Source of the DNA: Bacteroidota bacterium
Lineage (GTDB): Bacteria > Bacteroidota > Bacteroidia > AKYH767-A > 2013-40CM-41-45
Length of the DNA: 64,000 nucleotides
Direction: 5' to 3'
Assembly: GCA_004295015.1 (NCBI GenBank)
Contig: SHNE01000033.1
Coordinates: 75,421 to 139,420, forward strand
How positions within the stretch are numbered: the stretch's first letter is position 1; every line of letters begins with the position of its first letter. The notes beneath the pieces were generated by a model. That model worked only from the letters and a program-made list of their open reading frames with translations, ran no database searches and was not told the origin of the DNA. A program made the position numbers and the translations under genes. Below are positions 30,099 to 40,844 of the stretch, in pieces.

Positions 30099-32210
30099 AT
30101 GCAAAGCGAAAGACTAACGGGAATAATCAGACTTCTTCCTGCATTTCTTGGAGGGATTTTTTTTTCGATGTATTTTCAGCCTGCTAATCAGTTTTTGTTG
30201 ATTTTGCTTCTTGTATCTCTGGCAGCTTTTGCGGCAGCTAATTTCTTTCTTAATGCACGCAACAGTTATTCGTACAGATGGCTAAGCGGAATTCTGATTC
30301 ACCTTTCAATTTTCACCTGTGCTGCTTTAGTAAGTTCATTAAAAAAGGAAATCACATTTAAAAATCATTTTTCAAAAAACATTCAAGCTGATGCTTTCTT
30401 AGCTGAATTGAGTGAGAGCCCATTGAACAAGGGGAATAATTTTCGCTTTGAAGTTGAAATTTCCACTTTAAAAATTGGATCAGATCTGCATAATGTCAAT
30501 GGAAAATGTCTGGTGTACGTTCGAAAAGATTCATCGTTGATCAATCTTGAGTATGGTGATCAGATAGTTTTTCTAAAAAGACCCCTTGATATCAAAGCTC
30601 CCTTGAATCCCGGTGCTTTTAATTTTCAGTCCTGGTTAAGAAACAAACAAATTTACCACCAGGTATTTTTAAAAAGTTCAGAGTTCATTATTATTCAGAA
30701 GGAGCAAGGATCGGCTTTCATGCGAACGGCAATTTCCTGGAGAAATTATTTGTTAAAAGCGATTCGAAAAGCCGGCATCACCGGGCAGGAAGAGGCTGTG
30801 TTATCTGCTTTGATTCTGGGACAGGATGATGAAATTGATTCTGAGCTTCGTCAAAGTTATTCAACTGCCGGTGTCATGCACATTCTGGCAGTTTCAGGAA
30901 TGCACGTTGGACTCATCTATGCAGCTCTGTGTTTACTTATCAGGTTTCCCGGGAAAAACAGAAAGTTCAAATGGATTAAGACAGTATTCCTCATTATTTG
31001 TCTATGGTTTTATGCTATGCTCACCGGCCTTTCTCCTTCTGTCCTGAGAGCGGCAATGATGCTGACATTTTTAGTTGTCGGGATTAGTTTAGGACGTTCT
31101 TCGAATCCTTTGAACATTCTTTCGGCTTCGGCAATATGTTTATTTATAATTTTTAGTCCGAACCTTATCCATTCGGCCGGCTTTCAGCTTTCGTATCTGG
31201 CAGTGGGTGGAATACTTTTTTTATATAAACCCCTTCATTCAATTTATATACCTAAAACGTGGCTTACATCTCAGATATGGAGCATTCTTGCCGTGTCATT
31301 GGTAGCTCAGGTAGCAACTTTTCCGCTAAGCCTTTATTACTTTCACCGTTTTCCAAATTACTTTTTGCTGTCTAATCTACTCGTGATTCCTCTTGGAACA
31401 GTTGTTATTTTTGGAGGAATTATTGTTTTGTTTTTTAGCTGGTGGCCATTTGTTTCTTTGTTTTTAGGTAAAGTGCTAAGCACGCTTATTTATATGCTAA
31501 ATAGTTCAGTCGCTTTTCTGGGAAATTTGCCCGGCTCCAGCACTGATTCTGTTTATTTATCTCTTGCTGGAATGAGTTTATTATATGTATCTATTATTCT
31601 TCTTACATATTATTTTTTGAAAGTTCGTCCATGGTATTTTCTCAGTTTTCTCTTAGTGATGCTTTTCTTTTATACCCTCTTGCTTACCACGAATTTTCGT
31701 TCCATGCAGCAAAAATTCATGTTGGTTTTTCATTGCCCAAAGCAAACTTATATTCAGTTTTTTCAAGGTCGAAATGTAATTTCAGTTTGTGACAGCTTGC
31801 TTGCGTCGAATGCAGCTTCCCGACAGCGTATTTCAGAAAACTTTATGTTGGAAAGGGGAGTTCTGAACGAATTGATCATTTCAAGTGAGAATGGGTTCAA
31901 TGAGTGCAGAATGTACCGTGATCTGATAATTAATTTGCCCTTTATACAGTTTGGAAAGGATAAATTGTTCCTGCTTTCAGGCAGTACTGCAAAGTATAAG
32001 CCGGACTCTGATTCGCTTGATTATGTTTTGGTAAGTTTAAATCCCAAAGTCAAACCCGAGTCATGGTTGGAAGGAGTTAAGTGCAAAACGCTGATAGTAG
32101 ACGCAAGCAATTCTCCCTGGAAAATCGAAGCCTGGAAGCTGGCATGCGAACGGAGGGGAATTTCTTTTATAAATGTAACTGAAAGTGGAGCTTTCATTTT
32201 AGAAAAGTGA
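30099..32210 (+). CDS. comEC: ComEC/Rec2 family DNA-uptake channel protein (no C-terminal MBL domain)
   Basis: DUF4131-like N-terminus plus a Competence domain with many TM helices. The C-terminus is not beta-lactamase-like. Confidence 0.8.
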   Translation: MQSERLTGIIRLLPAFLGGIFFSMYFQPANQFLLILLLVSLAAFAAANFFLNARNSYSYRWLSGILIHLSIFTCAALVSSLKKEITFKNHFSKNIQADAFLAELSESPLNKGNNFRFEVEISTLKIGSDLHNVNGKCLVYVRKDSSLINLEYGDQIVFLKRPLDIKAPLNPGAFNFQSWLRNKQIYHQVFLKSSEFIIIQKEQGSAFMRTAISWRNYLLKAIRKAGITGQEEAVLSALILGQDDEIDSELRQSYSTAGVMHILAVSGMHVGLIYAALCLLIRFPGKNRKFKWIKTVFLIICLWFYAMLTGLSPSVLRAAMMLTFLVVGISLGRSSNPLNILSASAICLFIIFSPNLIHSAGFQLSYLAVGGILFLYKPLHSIYIPKTWLTSQIWSILAVSLVAQVATFPLSLYYFHRFPNYFLLSNLLVIPLGTVVIFGGIIVLFFSWWPFVSLFLGKVLSTLIYMLNSSVAFLGNLPGSSTDSVYLSLAGMSLLYVSIILLTYYFLKVRPWYFLSFLLVMLFFYTLLLTTNFRSMQQKFMLVFHCPKQTYIQFFQGRNVISVCDSLLASNAASRQRISENFMLERGVLNELIISSENGFNECRMYRDLIINLPFIQFGKDKLFLLSGSTAKYKPDSDSLDYVLVSLNPKVKPESWLEGVKCKTLIVDASNSPWKIEAWKLACERRGISFINVTESGAFILEK

Positions 32211-32373
32211 ATACTGTTTGCTTGCAAGAGCGTACAATAAACAGGCTTTGAGAATTCAATTGTGATATCCGTTAAGTTCAAAGATCTTTAGCAAAGAATT
32301 CATAGAGGAGAACACGATTGTACGATGAGGTTGAAGATTTGATCTAGGGCAATTCTCCGCCTTAAATCAATTC

Positions 32374-33213
32374 TCATATCTCTTCCAGTTTGAAAGTAGC
32401 CTTCAGCTTAATACCTCTATCTGTATATTCGAGTATCCCGCATTCATTCAATGGGTCATGTTCAAAAAAGAGAGTGTAATTTTCATCAACAGCCATCTTG
32501 AGAAAAGGAGCTTTTTCTTCAAGTGTGAGGAGAGGACGAGTATCATAAGCCATGACATAAGGAAGAGGCACATGGGCTGCTGAAGGAATAAGATCGGCGC
32601 AGAAAACAACTTTGTTGTTTTTATAATTTAAAATTGGCAACATCATTGATTCAGTATGCCCATTTACGAGATGAACCCTGAATCCTTCAAAGAGATCTTC
32701 TCCCGGTTTTAAAAATTGTAAATGACCACTCTCCTGTATAGGTAGGATATTCTCCTTTAAAAAACTTGCCTTCTCCCTCGCATTCGGTTGAGTAGCCCAT
32801 TTCCAATGATTCTCGTTTGACCAATAAGTAGCATTTGGAAAACATAATTCAAAACCATCTTTTTTTGAATTCCATCGGACACTGCCCCCGCAATGATCAA
32901 AATGCAAATGAGTCAGGAAGACATCTGTAATATCATCGCGACTGAATCCGTGGCTTTTCAATGATTTGTCTAAAGTCTGATCACCATTCAAATAATAGTA
33001 GGAGAAAAATTTTGCATCCTGTTTATCACCGATTCCATTATCGATGAGAACGAGACGATCGCCGGATTCCACGAGCAAACAACGCATTGCCCAATTACAC
33101 ATGTTATTGCTGTCAGCAGGATTTAATTTGTTCCACATTGATTTGGGAACTACGCCAAACATTGCACCGCCATCCAGTTTAAAAAAGCCGGTATCAATCG
33201 TGTATATATTCAT
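32374..33213 (-). CDS. MBL-fold metallo-hydrolase
   Basis: HxHxDH motif (HLHFDHCGG). Confidence 0.75.
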   Translation of the reverse strand: MNIYTIDTGFFKLDGGAMFGVVPKSMWNKLNPADSNNMCNWAMRCLLVESGDRLVLIDNGIGDKQDAKFFSYYYLNGDQTLDKSLKSHGFSRDDITDVFLTHLHFDHCGGSVRWNSKKDGFELCFPNATYWSNENHWKWATQPNAREKASFLKENILPIQESGHLQFLKPGEDLFEGFRVHLVNGHTESMMLPILNYKNNKVVFCADLIPSAAHVPLPYVMAYDTRPLLTLEEKAPFLKMAVDENYTLFFEHDPLNECGILEYTDRGIKLKATFKLEEI

Positions 33214-33408
33214 ATGTTTTGCTTTGATGAATTAGCAAATTACTAATTTAGATTTAATATACAGTATTTTACTTCACAAAATTATTTATTCATTTTAGTT
33301 TTAGTTACATTCGTAATTATCTTCATTGTGAAATTGTTAGTAAAGGTGTGGAAATTCTGACTTTGACGGTTTCTAAGTAGCTGTCGGATCTTGTATCTTC
33401 GTGCTGTT

Positions 33409-34803
33409 ATGGGGAATTCTAAAACACAACGTATTCATTTCATTGCGATCGGTGGAGCTGCAATGCATAATACTGCTTTAGCACTTTTTCAAAATGGAGC
33501 TATTGTCAGCGGCTCAGATGATGAAATCGCCGAGCCATCTCGATCCAGATTGAAGCTTGCAGGATTATTGCCCGAGAAGGAAGGATGGTTTCCTGAAAAA
33601 ATTACTGAAGATATTGATGCAATCGTGCTTGGAATGCATGCGCGCCTTGATAATCCCGAATTGATCCGTGCAAATGAATTGGGACTAAAAATTTATTCCT
33701 ATCCGGAATACTTGTACGAACATTCTAAGGATAAATTGCGTGTTGTCATTGGAGGTAGTCATGGGAAAACAACCATCACATCCATGATTCTGTACGTGCT
33801 GAAAAAATGCGGAGTTAATTTTGACTATATGGTTGGAGCCAAGTTGGATGGTTTTGATACCATGGTTCGACTGTCTGATGCCCCTGTAATTATTCTTGAA
33901 GGGGATGAATACCTGGCTTCTCCCATTGACCCACGACCTAAATTTCATTTGTATAAAGCAGATATTGGTTTAATCAGTGGAATTGCATGGGATCATATGA
34001 ACGTTTTTCCGACTTATGAATCATATGTTGAACAGTTTAGGATTTTTGCAAATGCTCTTCCATCCAATGGCAACTTGATTTACTGCTCTGAAGATCCTGA
34101 AGTTAAAAAACTGGTTGAATCTTCAACTACCTCTGCTTACAAAATTCCTTATTCGATACCTGCACACACTATTGAAAATGGCATAAGCTACCTGGAGACA
34201 TCCAGCCATGAAAAGATTCCGCTTAAAGTATTCGGAGATCATAATCTCATGAATCTTGAAGGGGCACGAATAGTATGTTCACTTTTGGGAATTTCATATG
34301 AACAATTTTATAATGGCATTCAGGAGTTTCAAGGGGCCTCCAAAAGACTGGAGCTTTTAGCAATGAATGAACTTGTAGCTGTCTACAAAGATTTTGCTCA
34401 TTCTCCTTCAAAGCTAAAAGCAACCACTGATGCCGTTCGTTTGCAGTTTCCGGATAAGCAATTAATAGCCTGCATGGAGCTTCATACTTTTAGTAGCCTC
34501 AATGAAAAATTTCTTGATCAGTATCGGGATAGTATGAACTCCGCGGATATTGCCATTGTCTATTTTAATCCTAAAACCATAGAACATAAAAAGCTGGAAC
34601 CATTGACTGAGGAACAGCTTGTGAATGCGTTCGGAAGAAATGACTTATTGGTTTTTAAGGATAGTTTTAAGCTACATCAGTATTTGCTGACAAAAGATCC
34701 ACGGTATAAAGTGTTTCTAATGATGAGTTCAGGAAATTTTGATGGTCTTTCCCTTGAAGACCTGGCACGGGAAATAGCCGTGAACACTCTTGCCAACACA
34801 TGA
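33409..34803 (+). CDS. mpl: UDP-N-acetylmuramate:L-alanyl-gamma-D-glutamyl-meso-diaminopimelate ligase (murein peptide ligase)
   Basis: Mur ligase family with a Mpl-like N-terminus (IHFIAIGGAAMHNTALAL) and a P-loop GGSHGKTT. Confidence 0.85.
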   Translation: MGNSKTQRIHFIAIGGAAMHNTALALFQNGAIVSGSDDEIAEPSRSRLKLAGLLPEKEGWFPEKITEDIDAIVLGMHARLDNPELIRANELGLKIYSYPEYLYEHSKDKLRVVIGGSHGKTTITSMILYVLKKCGVNFDYMVGAKLDGFDTMVRLSDAPVIILEGDEYLASPIDPRPKFHLYKADIGLISGIAWDHMNVFPTYESYVEQFRIFANALPSNGNLIYCSEDPEVKKLVESSTTSAYKIPYSIPAHTIENGISYLETSSHEKIPLKVFGDHNLMNLEGARIVCSLLGISYEQFYNGIQEFQGASKRLELLAMNELVAVYKDFAHSPSKLKATTDAVRLQFPDKQLIACMELHTFSSLNEKFLDQYRDSMNSADIAIVYFNPKTIEHKKLEPLTEEQLVNAFGRNDLLVFKDSFKLHQYLLTKDPRYKVFLMMSSGNFDGLSLEDLAREIAVNTLANT

Positions 34804-34819
34804 AATGTTACATTTGATT

Positions 34820-35605
34820 ATGAAAATTAAAATCATTCTATTTCTGGGTTTACTGCTTTGTTCATCATTGATTTTATCTGCTCAGCAAACTCTTGTACAA
34901 GGGGAACCAACACTTGAAGATCGATTTCCAAAGCGAATCGGTGAACTTCGATTTTCAAAAACTACAGCTCACCTGGGCACTATTTTTAATAACGAAATTA
35001 AAGTTGACACAATATTATTGTTTAATGGTGGAGAGCAACCATTATCCATCGCTTTGGGTGAGAAACTTCCCGACTATCTGAAGGTAGAGCTATCGCCCTC
35101 TAAGTTAGAGCCGGGAAGCCAGGGAATTATCCTTTTACGCTATGATGCTAACTTCCGAAAGGAATTTGGTTTTCATTTCGAACGGGTTATTCTGCGAACA
35201 AATGACACAGAAATGGCAGAAAAGAATATTAATATAACCCTCAGCATAAAGGAATATTTTCCGCCGCCTGATCCTACGGATACTTTAATTTCTCAAAAGG
35301 CACGAACTCCGGAAAGCACTTATAATTTTGGTCGTATACAGCAAGGTGATAAGGCCAGGCATGATTTCGTGATTTATAATGATGGACAACGCGAACTCAA
35401 AATTCATCATGCAAAAAATGTATGTGGTTGTATAAAAACAAGTTTTTCAAAGAATTTGATTGCGCCCGGCGACAGCTCTATTGCGACAGTTGAGTTTGAT
35501 TCGTTTGGGAAAGAAGGATCCAATTCAAATGAGACCTTGATATTTCTCAATGATCCTGCTCAACCGGAAATTCGTTTTACCATTATGGGAGATGTATGGA
35601 AATAA
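34820..35605 (+). CDS. DUF1573 domain-containing secreted protein
   Basis: Signal peptide. Two DUF1573-like beta-sandwich segments including CGCIKTSF. Confidence 0.6.
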   Translation: MKIKIILFLGLLLCSSLILSAQQTLVQGEPTLEDRFPKRIGELRFSKTTAHLGTIFNNEIKVDTILLFNGGEQPLSIALGEKLPDYLKVELSPSKLEPGSQGIILLRYDANFRKEFGFHFERVILRTNDTEMAEKNINITLSIKEYFPPPDPTDTLISQKARTPESTYNFGRIQQGDKARHDFVIYNDGQRELKIHHAKNVCGCIKTSFSKNLIAPGDSSIATVEFDSFGKEGSNSNETLIFLNDPAQPEIRFTIMGDVWK

Positions 35606-35671
35606 GATTTATTAGTATAAAGTTCCTTTTTGGAATGATCAATTTTTAAATATGTAATTTATTTATTCTGA

Positions 35672-36604
35672 ATGAAAACGTTAATTCAAGTGTTTTTCTT
35701 TTTTTTAATTTGTCCAATGACTGTTCTAAAAGCTGAAGTTGCAACAACAGAAGGATATATTCCTGTGCAGGGAGGAAATCTTTTTTTTACCGGCATCGGT
35801 GAAGGCGAACCATTAGTATTGGTTCATGGTGGCCCTGGTTTGGATCATTCATATTTTCTGCCGCAGATGGAGCTGTTAGCAAAAAAGTACAAACTGATAT
35901 TCTATGATCAACGCGCTTGTGGAAAATCATCAGTCAATGTGGGTACTGAAACTCTCAATATGAATCAGTTTGTGGAGGATCTAGAGGCATTGAGAAAGTT
36001 TTTCAAGCTGGAAAAGATGAATCTGCTGGGACATTCTTTTGGTGGACTGATAGCCATGCGTTATGCAATTAAATATCCGGAGAATTTAAAGACTTTGTTA
36101 TTGATCAATTCCAGCGCAGCAACTTCTGCCTGGAGAGATTCGTCATTTAGCATGATGGTCAAAAGGAATGATCCGGAAACAACTGCCATTTCAGAAGCCC
36201 TCATGAAAACAGATGCATTCAAAAAGCGTGATCCTGATACTATGGCTTATTTTTTCAGACTTCTTTTCAAAAAGAGTTTTTATTTTCAGGAAAAGGTCGA
36301 AGAACTCACCTTGAAATTCCAGCCTAGCTATCCGGAAACAAGTTTGTTGATGAATCATTTGTACAATGACAGCAGTTTAATTTCTTATGATCTGAATTCT
36401 GATCTTAAAAAATTGAAGATGCCGGTACTTATTTTAGCTACTGAAGCTGATATTATTTCTCCTGTTGCAGTGTCGGAGCTCCATGAAAACATAAAGACCT
36501 CAAAATATGTCTTTATTGAAGAATGTGGTCACTTCCCATTTATAGAACAACCACAATTGTTTTTGAATGCCATTGACAGATTTTTTGGAAAAAAACAAGA
36601 GTAG
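35672..36604 (+). CDS. Alpha/beta hydrolase (proline-iminopeptidase-like), secreted
   Basis: Signal peptide. LVLVHGGPG… and a nucleophile elbow GHSFGG. Confidence 0.7.
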   Translation: MKTLIQVFFFFLICPMTVLKAEVATTEGYIPVQGGNLFFTGIGEGEPLVLVHGGPGLDHSYFLPQMELLAKKYKLIFYDQRACGKSSVNVGTETLNMNQFVEDLEALRKFFKLEKMNLLGHSFGGLIAMRYAIKYPENLKTLLLINSSAATSAWRDSSFSMMVKRNDPETTAISEALMKTDAFKKRDPDTMAYFFRLLFKKSFYFQEKVEELTLKFQPSYPETSLLMNHLYNDSSLISYDLNSDLKKLKMPVLILATEADIISPVAVSELHENIKTSKYVFIEECGHFPFIEQPQLFLNAIDRFFGKKQE

Positions 36605-36615
36605 TTTCCGGCCAT

Positions 36616-37995
36616 TTATAGCAGAGTGCCTGCCAGAATAAAATAGGCCAGTGTAAAATACAGAATCAAACCTGTTACGTCGACGAGAGTTGCAATAAAG
36701 GGGGCTGAAGAAACTGCAGGGTCAACACCAATTCTTTTCAATAGTAGTGGCAGGAGGGAACCGCTCAAAGTTCCAAAGAGCACAACACCGACAAGGGTGA
36801 TTCCAACTACAAGTCCGATTAGAAACCAATGTGGACCATAAAAATCTGAAAATAAGGTCCAGACTGCTACACGGAGGAAACCAATGGTTCCTAAGATTCC
36901 GCCTAAGGCTAAACCGCTGAAAAATTCCCTACGCATCACTCTCCACCAGTCGCTCAAAGTTACTTCTCCAAGAGCCATTGCACGGATGATGAGTGTTGCT
37001 GCCTGAGATCCGCTGTTACCTCCGGAGGATATAATTAGTGGGACAAATAAAGCCAGGACTACCGCCTTTTCAAGCTCATGCGTAAAAAATCCCATGGCAC
37101 TTGCGGTTAGCATCTCTCCAAAAAAGAGAACGATAAGCCAACCTGCCCGGGCGTTGATCATCCCTCGTATAGATACCTTTAAATAGGAATCATCCAGTGC
37201 CTCTGTTCCTCCGAATTTTTGGATGTCTTCAGTATCTTCTTCCTCGATAACGTCAATCACGTCATCAATGGTGATGATACCAAGGAGCAATCCTTTGAAA
37301 TCGGTGACAGGTAATGCTTCGCGGTTCGATTGCTTAAACAATTCAATGGCTGTTTCCTGGTCTGCCCGCGCGTCAAGTGAAATATATTGCTTGTCCATCA
37401 ACTCACTGATCTTGGTGTCCAGTGGAGAGAGGAGTAACTGATTCAGGCGGATATCATCCAATAAAAATCCTTGTGGATCGACCACATAAATGAAACTCAG
37501 GGTTTCAGAGGACTTGCCATATTTCCTTATATAATCAAGAACTTCCTGCACACTTGCTTCTTCCCGGACAGAAATATAATCCGGTGTCATCAATCGACCT
37601 ATACTGTCTTCAGGATATTGAAGTAGTTGACGTGCAGTCTTCCTTTCTTCTACTGTAAGGAGAGACAGGTACTTTTGTAATGATTCCTCCGGAAGCTGTT
37701 CGAAAAGTGCCGTACGGTCATCCGGAGAAATCTGGTTGAGCGTATGGCTTAGCTGTTCAATGCTGAAAGATTGAAGCAACTCAAGCTGAATGTCAAAGTC
37801 AAGGTTCTCAAAAGTCTTGATCGCCTTCTCCGCATCCAGTATTTGGAAGATTTTTTTAAAATCAATCTCTTTCGAGTCATTGATAAATTCAGCCAACTCT
37901 TCAGGCTGAATTGTAAGGCACAATTGCTTCAGCTTATAAAGATTGCCGGTAACCAATCGCTCGGCGAGGAGTTCTTTTTCGTCAACGTTGACCAT
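36616..37995 (-). CDS. mgtE: Magnesium transporter MgtE
   Basis: N-domain plus tandem CBS domains plus a C-terminal TM domain with GNSGSQ. Confidence 0.9.
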   Translation of the reverse strand: MVNVDEKELLAERLVTGNLYKLKQLCLTIQPEELAEFINDSKEIDFKKIFQILDAEKAIKTFENLDFDIQLELLQSFSIEQLSHTLNQISPDDRTALFEQLPEESLQKYLSLLTVEERKTARQLLQYPEDSIGRLMTPDYISVREEASVQEVLDYIRKYGKSSETLSFIYVVDPQGFLLDDIRLNQLLLSPLDTKISELMDKQYISLDARADQETAIELFKQSNREALPVTDFKGLLLGIITIDDVIDVIEEEDTEDIQKFGGTEALDDSYLKVSIRGMINARAGWLIVLFFGEMLTASAMGFFTHELEKAVVLALFVPLIISSGGNSGSQAATLIIRAMALGEVTLSDWWRVMRREFFSGLALGGILGTIGFLRVAVWTLFSDFYGPHWFLIGLVVGITLVGVVLFGTLSGSLLPLLLKRIGVDPAVSSAPFIATLVDVTGLILYFTLAYFILAGTLL

Positions 37996-38213
37996 GGGGG
38001 ATCATCCATTTTAAAAGATAATAGCTGAATTTGCTGCCGCAAGATAGGATAATCCGCTTAAAATAAACGCAATTTTGACCGAAAACCCGAACTTAATTTC
38101 CTGTGTTTTGACATTATCGTTCTTCCCGTCCACCCTCAGCTTGATTACTCCAACATATTTTCATTAACTTTATTAATCAATCTTGAAATTTTCTATCCGA
38201 TAAAAATCATTCA

Positions 38214-40589
38214 ATGCGATTTAGCTTTTTACTCCTTTTCATTTTTACTTCAATCATTGGTCAATGTCAACCGAATATCCAATGGCAGAAATGTTTTGGT
38301 GGATCAAATTCAGAATATTCTTCAAAAGCAATTCAGAATTCCTTAGGAGATTTCAGTATTGTAGGAGGGACAAATTCTGTTGATGGCCAAGTAACAGGTT
38401 TGCATCCGGGTTTATGCCAATTTTCTGATTGTTATGACATTTGGATTGTAAACCTTGATAGCAGTGGTAATTTACTATGGACAGAAACCTTTGGTGGAAC
38501 ATACGATGATTATGCTCAATCTGTCGTAAGTTCTCCCGATGGAGGAGTCCTTGTATGCGGAATCACCTATTCAAATAATGGCGACGTAAGCGGTAATCAT
38601 GGTGAATCTGATGTATGGTTACTGAAACTAGATTCAAGTGGTACTCTTGAATGGCAAAAGTGCTATGGAGGATCTAGTTTCGAAGGAGCAAAGGACATAA
38701 TATCAACATATGATGGCGGCTATGTTGTGATTGGATCATCTTGGTCAATAGATGGTGATGTACCTGGTAATCACCGTCCAAACCCTGGCCCTGGTGGAGC
38801 AACTGCAGATGTTTGGATTTTTAAATTGGATTCCGCTGGCACAATAGAATGGTCAAAAAATTATGGAAGTTTGGGTGACGATATAGGCTTTTCCATAGTC
38901 CAAACATTTGATAGTGGGTTTGCCTTTTTGGCAACTAGTGAAACTAGTGGAGGGGATGTAACTGGTGGAAATGGGTACAAAGATTACTGGCTTGGAAGAA
39001 TAGATAATTTGGGAAATTTTCTTTGGGGAGATTGTTTTGGTGGGAGGGGGTCTGATGAAGGGGTTGATCTAAAACAAACACCGGATAGTGGATTTGTTTT
39101 AATTGGAAAAACTGCCTCAACTGACGGTGACATTAGTTACAATCATGACTCAATACATTATGATTCATGGCTTGTACGAACTGATCAATTAGGGACATTG
39201 CTATGGGAAAAATCAATTGGAGGTACAAATAATGATGCCGGTAATTCAGTAATAGTACTTCCGGATTCCGGATTTCTGGTGTGCACAACAGCATACTCAA
39301 CAGATGGAGATATCACTGGGAGTAATGGTTCTACTGAGATACTTGTTTCTAAAATTAGTGATAGTGGCCAGATCTTATGGGGTAAATGCTTTGGGGGGTC
39401 AGGTTCGGAGGACAATGTGGATTTAATTGCATCTGAGGACGGTGGGTGGTTAATTATTAACGAATCCTATTCCAATGATGCCGATGTAAGTGGCAACCAC
39501 GGTGGAATTGATTTTTGGATTGCAAAACTATTTGAACCCTCTGTGTATGAAGCAGCAATTAAATTGAAACCCATAAATGGAAGTTGCACCCTCACAGATA
39601 CAGAAGAAGTAATTCTTCAGATCACCAATTTAGGGATACATGAGTTTTCAAACTTTCAGGCAAGTTATTCCATTAATGGTGGGAACCCCGTGCAAGAAAT
39701 TATTTCTGATACAATTTATCCCGGAGATACATTGTTATATCATTTTATTACCCGTGCAGATTTCATCCTTCCCGGGACGTATACCTTGCAGGCTAACGTG
39801 ATTGTAGTCGGTGATGGACATGCATTTAATGATGTGAGTACAATTAATGTTACTTCTATCTCTCATAATACAGTCCCTATGATAATGGGCTTTGAGAGTC
39901 AGGAATATTTTGGAGCGTATAAAAGTATTGACTTAGATGGAGATGGTCGCTCAGGTTCTTTGGATCTAGGCTACCCCCAAAATGGGAGTCAATGCTATGT
40001 CTTTGCGAGCTCCTTTCTTCCAAATCCAAATAATTGGCTTTGGACACCGTGTATTGATTTAAATGCATTAACCAATTATAAAGTAAGTGGATGGATGAAA
40101 GAATACGAGGTTATTCAACCATATAATCTAGAAATCTACATCAACCAAGAGCCTGACACAACAGGAGCTATCTTGTTAGGAACTGTTCTTACTCCAACGG
40201 ATAGTTCATACCATCCATTTCAATTTCCTTTCACTGTTAGCTCAGGTGGTATCTGGTATATTGGTCTAAAAGCGTATGCACAAAATTATGCACAAGCCGT
40301 GTTCCTTGATGATTTAGAAATTGATCTTTACACAGGAATTCAAGCACAGAAAGGCATTGAATTTTATACATTATATCCAAACCCATTCAAAGACAAAATT
40401 TATTTCAATCAAGAAAACTTCCTCAATGGGGAAATCACAATTTTCAACACGCTGGGAAAGCTGGTTTATACCGGCCAGCTAAAATCTCGCTCATCCATCG
40501 ATTTATCTTTTTTAAATGATGGCATTTATTTTCTGAAATACAATGATGAAAAAGTAACTCATATAAAAAAAATCATAAAACAGAATTAA
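38214..40589 (+). CDS. SBBP-type beta-propeller repeat protein with T9SS C-terminal sorting domain
   Basis: About 7 tandem ~50-aa repeats (W..K.FGG…D.…DGG..V.G.T.S.DGDV.GNHG..D.W..KLD..G.L.W) and a C-terminal Por_Secre_tail-like segment. Confidence 0.65.
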   Translation: MRFSFLLLFIFTSIIGQCQPNIQWQKCFGGSNSEYSSKAIQNSLGDFSIVGGTNSVDGQVTGLHPGLCQFSDCYDIWIVNLDSSGNLLWTETFGGTYDDYAQSVVSSPDGGVLVCGITYSNNGDVSGNHGESDVWLLKLDSSGTLEWQKCYGGSSFEGAKDIISTYDGGYVVIGSSWSIDGDVPGNHRPNPGPGGATADVWIFKLDSAGTIEWSKNYGSLGDDIGFSIVQTFDSGFAFLATSETSGGDVTGGNGYKDYWLGRIDNLGNFLWGDCFGGRGSDEGVDLKQTPDSGFVLIGKTASTDGDISYNHDSIHYDSWLVRTDQLGTLLWEKSIGGTNNDAGNSVIVLPDSGFLVCTTAYSTDGDITGSNGSTEILVSKISDSGQILWGKCFGGSGSEDNVDLIASEDGGWLIINESYSNDADVSGNHGGIDFWIAKLFEPSVYEAAIKLKPINGSCTLTDTEEVILQITNLGIHEFSNFQASYSINGGNPVQEIISDTIYPGDTLLYHFITRADFILPGTYTLQANVIVVGDGHAFNDVSTINVTSISHNTVPMIMGFESQEYFGAYKSIDLDGDGRSGSLDLGYPQNGSQCYVFASSFLPNPNNWLWTPCIDLNALTNYKVSGWMKEYEVIQPYNLEIYINQEPDTTGAILLGTVLTPTDSSYHPFQFPFTVSSGGIWYIGLKAYAQNYAQAVFLDDLEIDLYTGIQAQKGIEFYTLYPNPFKDKIYFNQENFLNGEITIFNTLGKLVYTGQLKSRSSIDLSFLNDGIYFLKYNDEKVTHIKKIIKQN

Positions 40590-40663
40590 CCAAACCCATC
40601 CCACAAATCCCAGTTCAGACTACCGGCTAATCTTACAATCAAAAAAATCCTATAAATCCCGGT

Positions 40664-40699
40664 AAAAAAGAGAGCCGTCGGCTCTTCTTCCGACGGCTC
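40664..40699 (-). terminator. Strong rho-independent terminator for the minus-strand 606-aa gene
   Basis: 10-bp perfect stem GAGCCGTCGG / CCGACGGCTC with an 8-nt loop. On the minus strand it is followed by TCTCTTTTTT. Confidence 0.55.
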
Positions 40700-40844
40700 A
40701 CACACGAAAACATGAACACAAAAACTCCAGCAAGAATAACGTTAAACAAGGGATTTTGTTCTATGAAAAGATCGTTCTGACAATTAAATGACAAAATTTA
40801 ACAATTATTAACCTCTTTGTAGTATGAACAACTACAAGATTCAT

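Noticed and set aside
37996-38213. Possible Mg2+ (M-box) riboswitch upstream of mgtE
   Set aside because: The reverse complement of the 218-nt leader shows none of the conserved M-box stretches. The region is better explained as a divergent promoter region.
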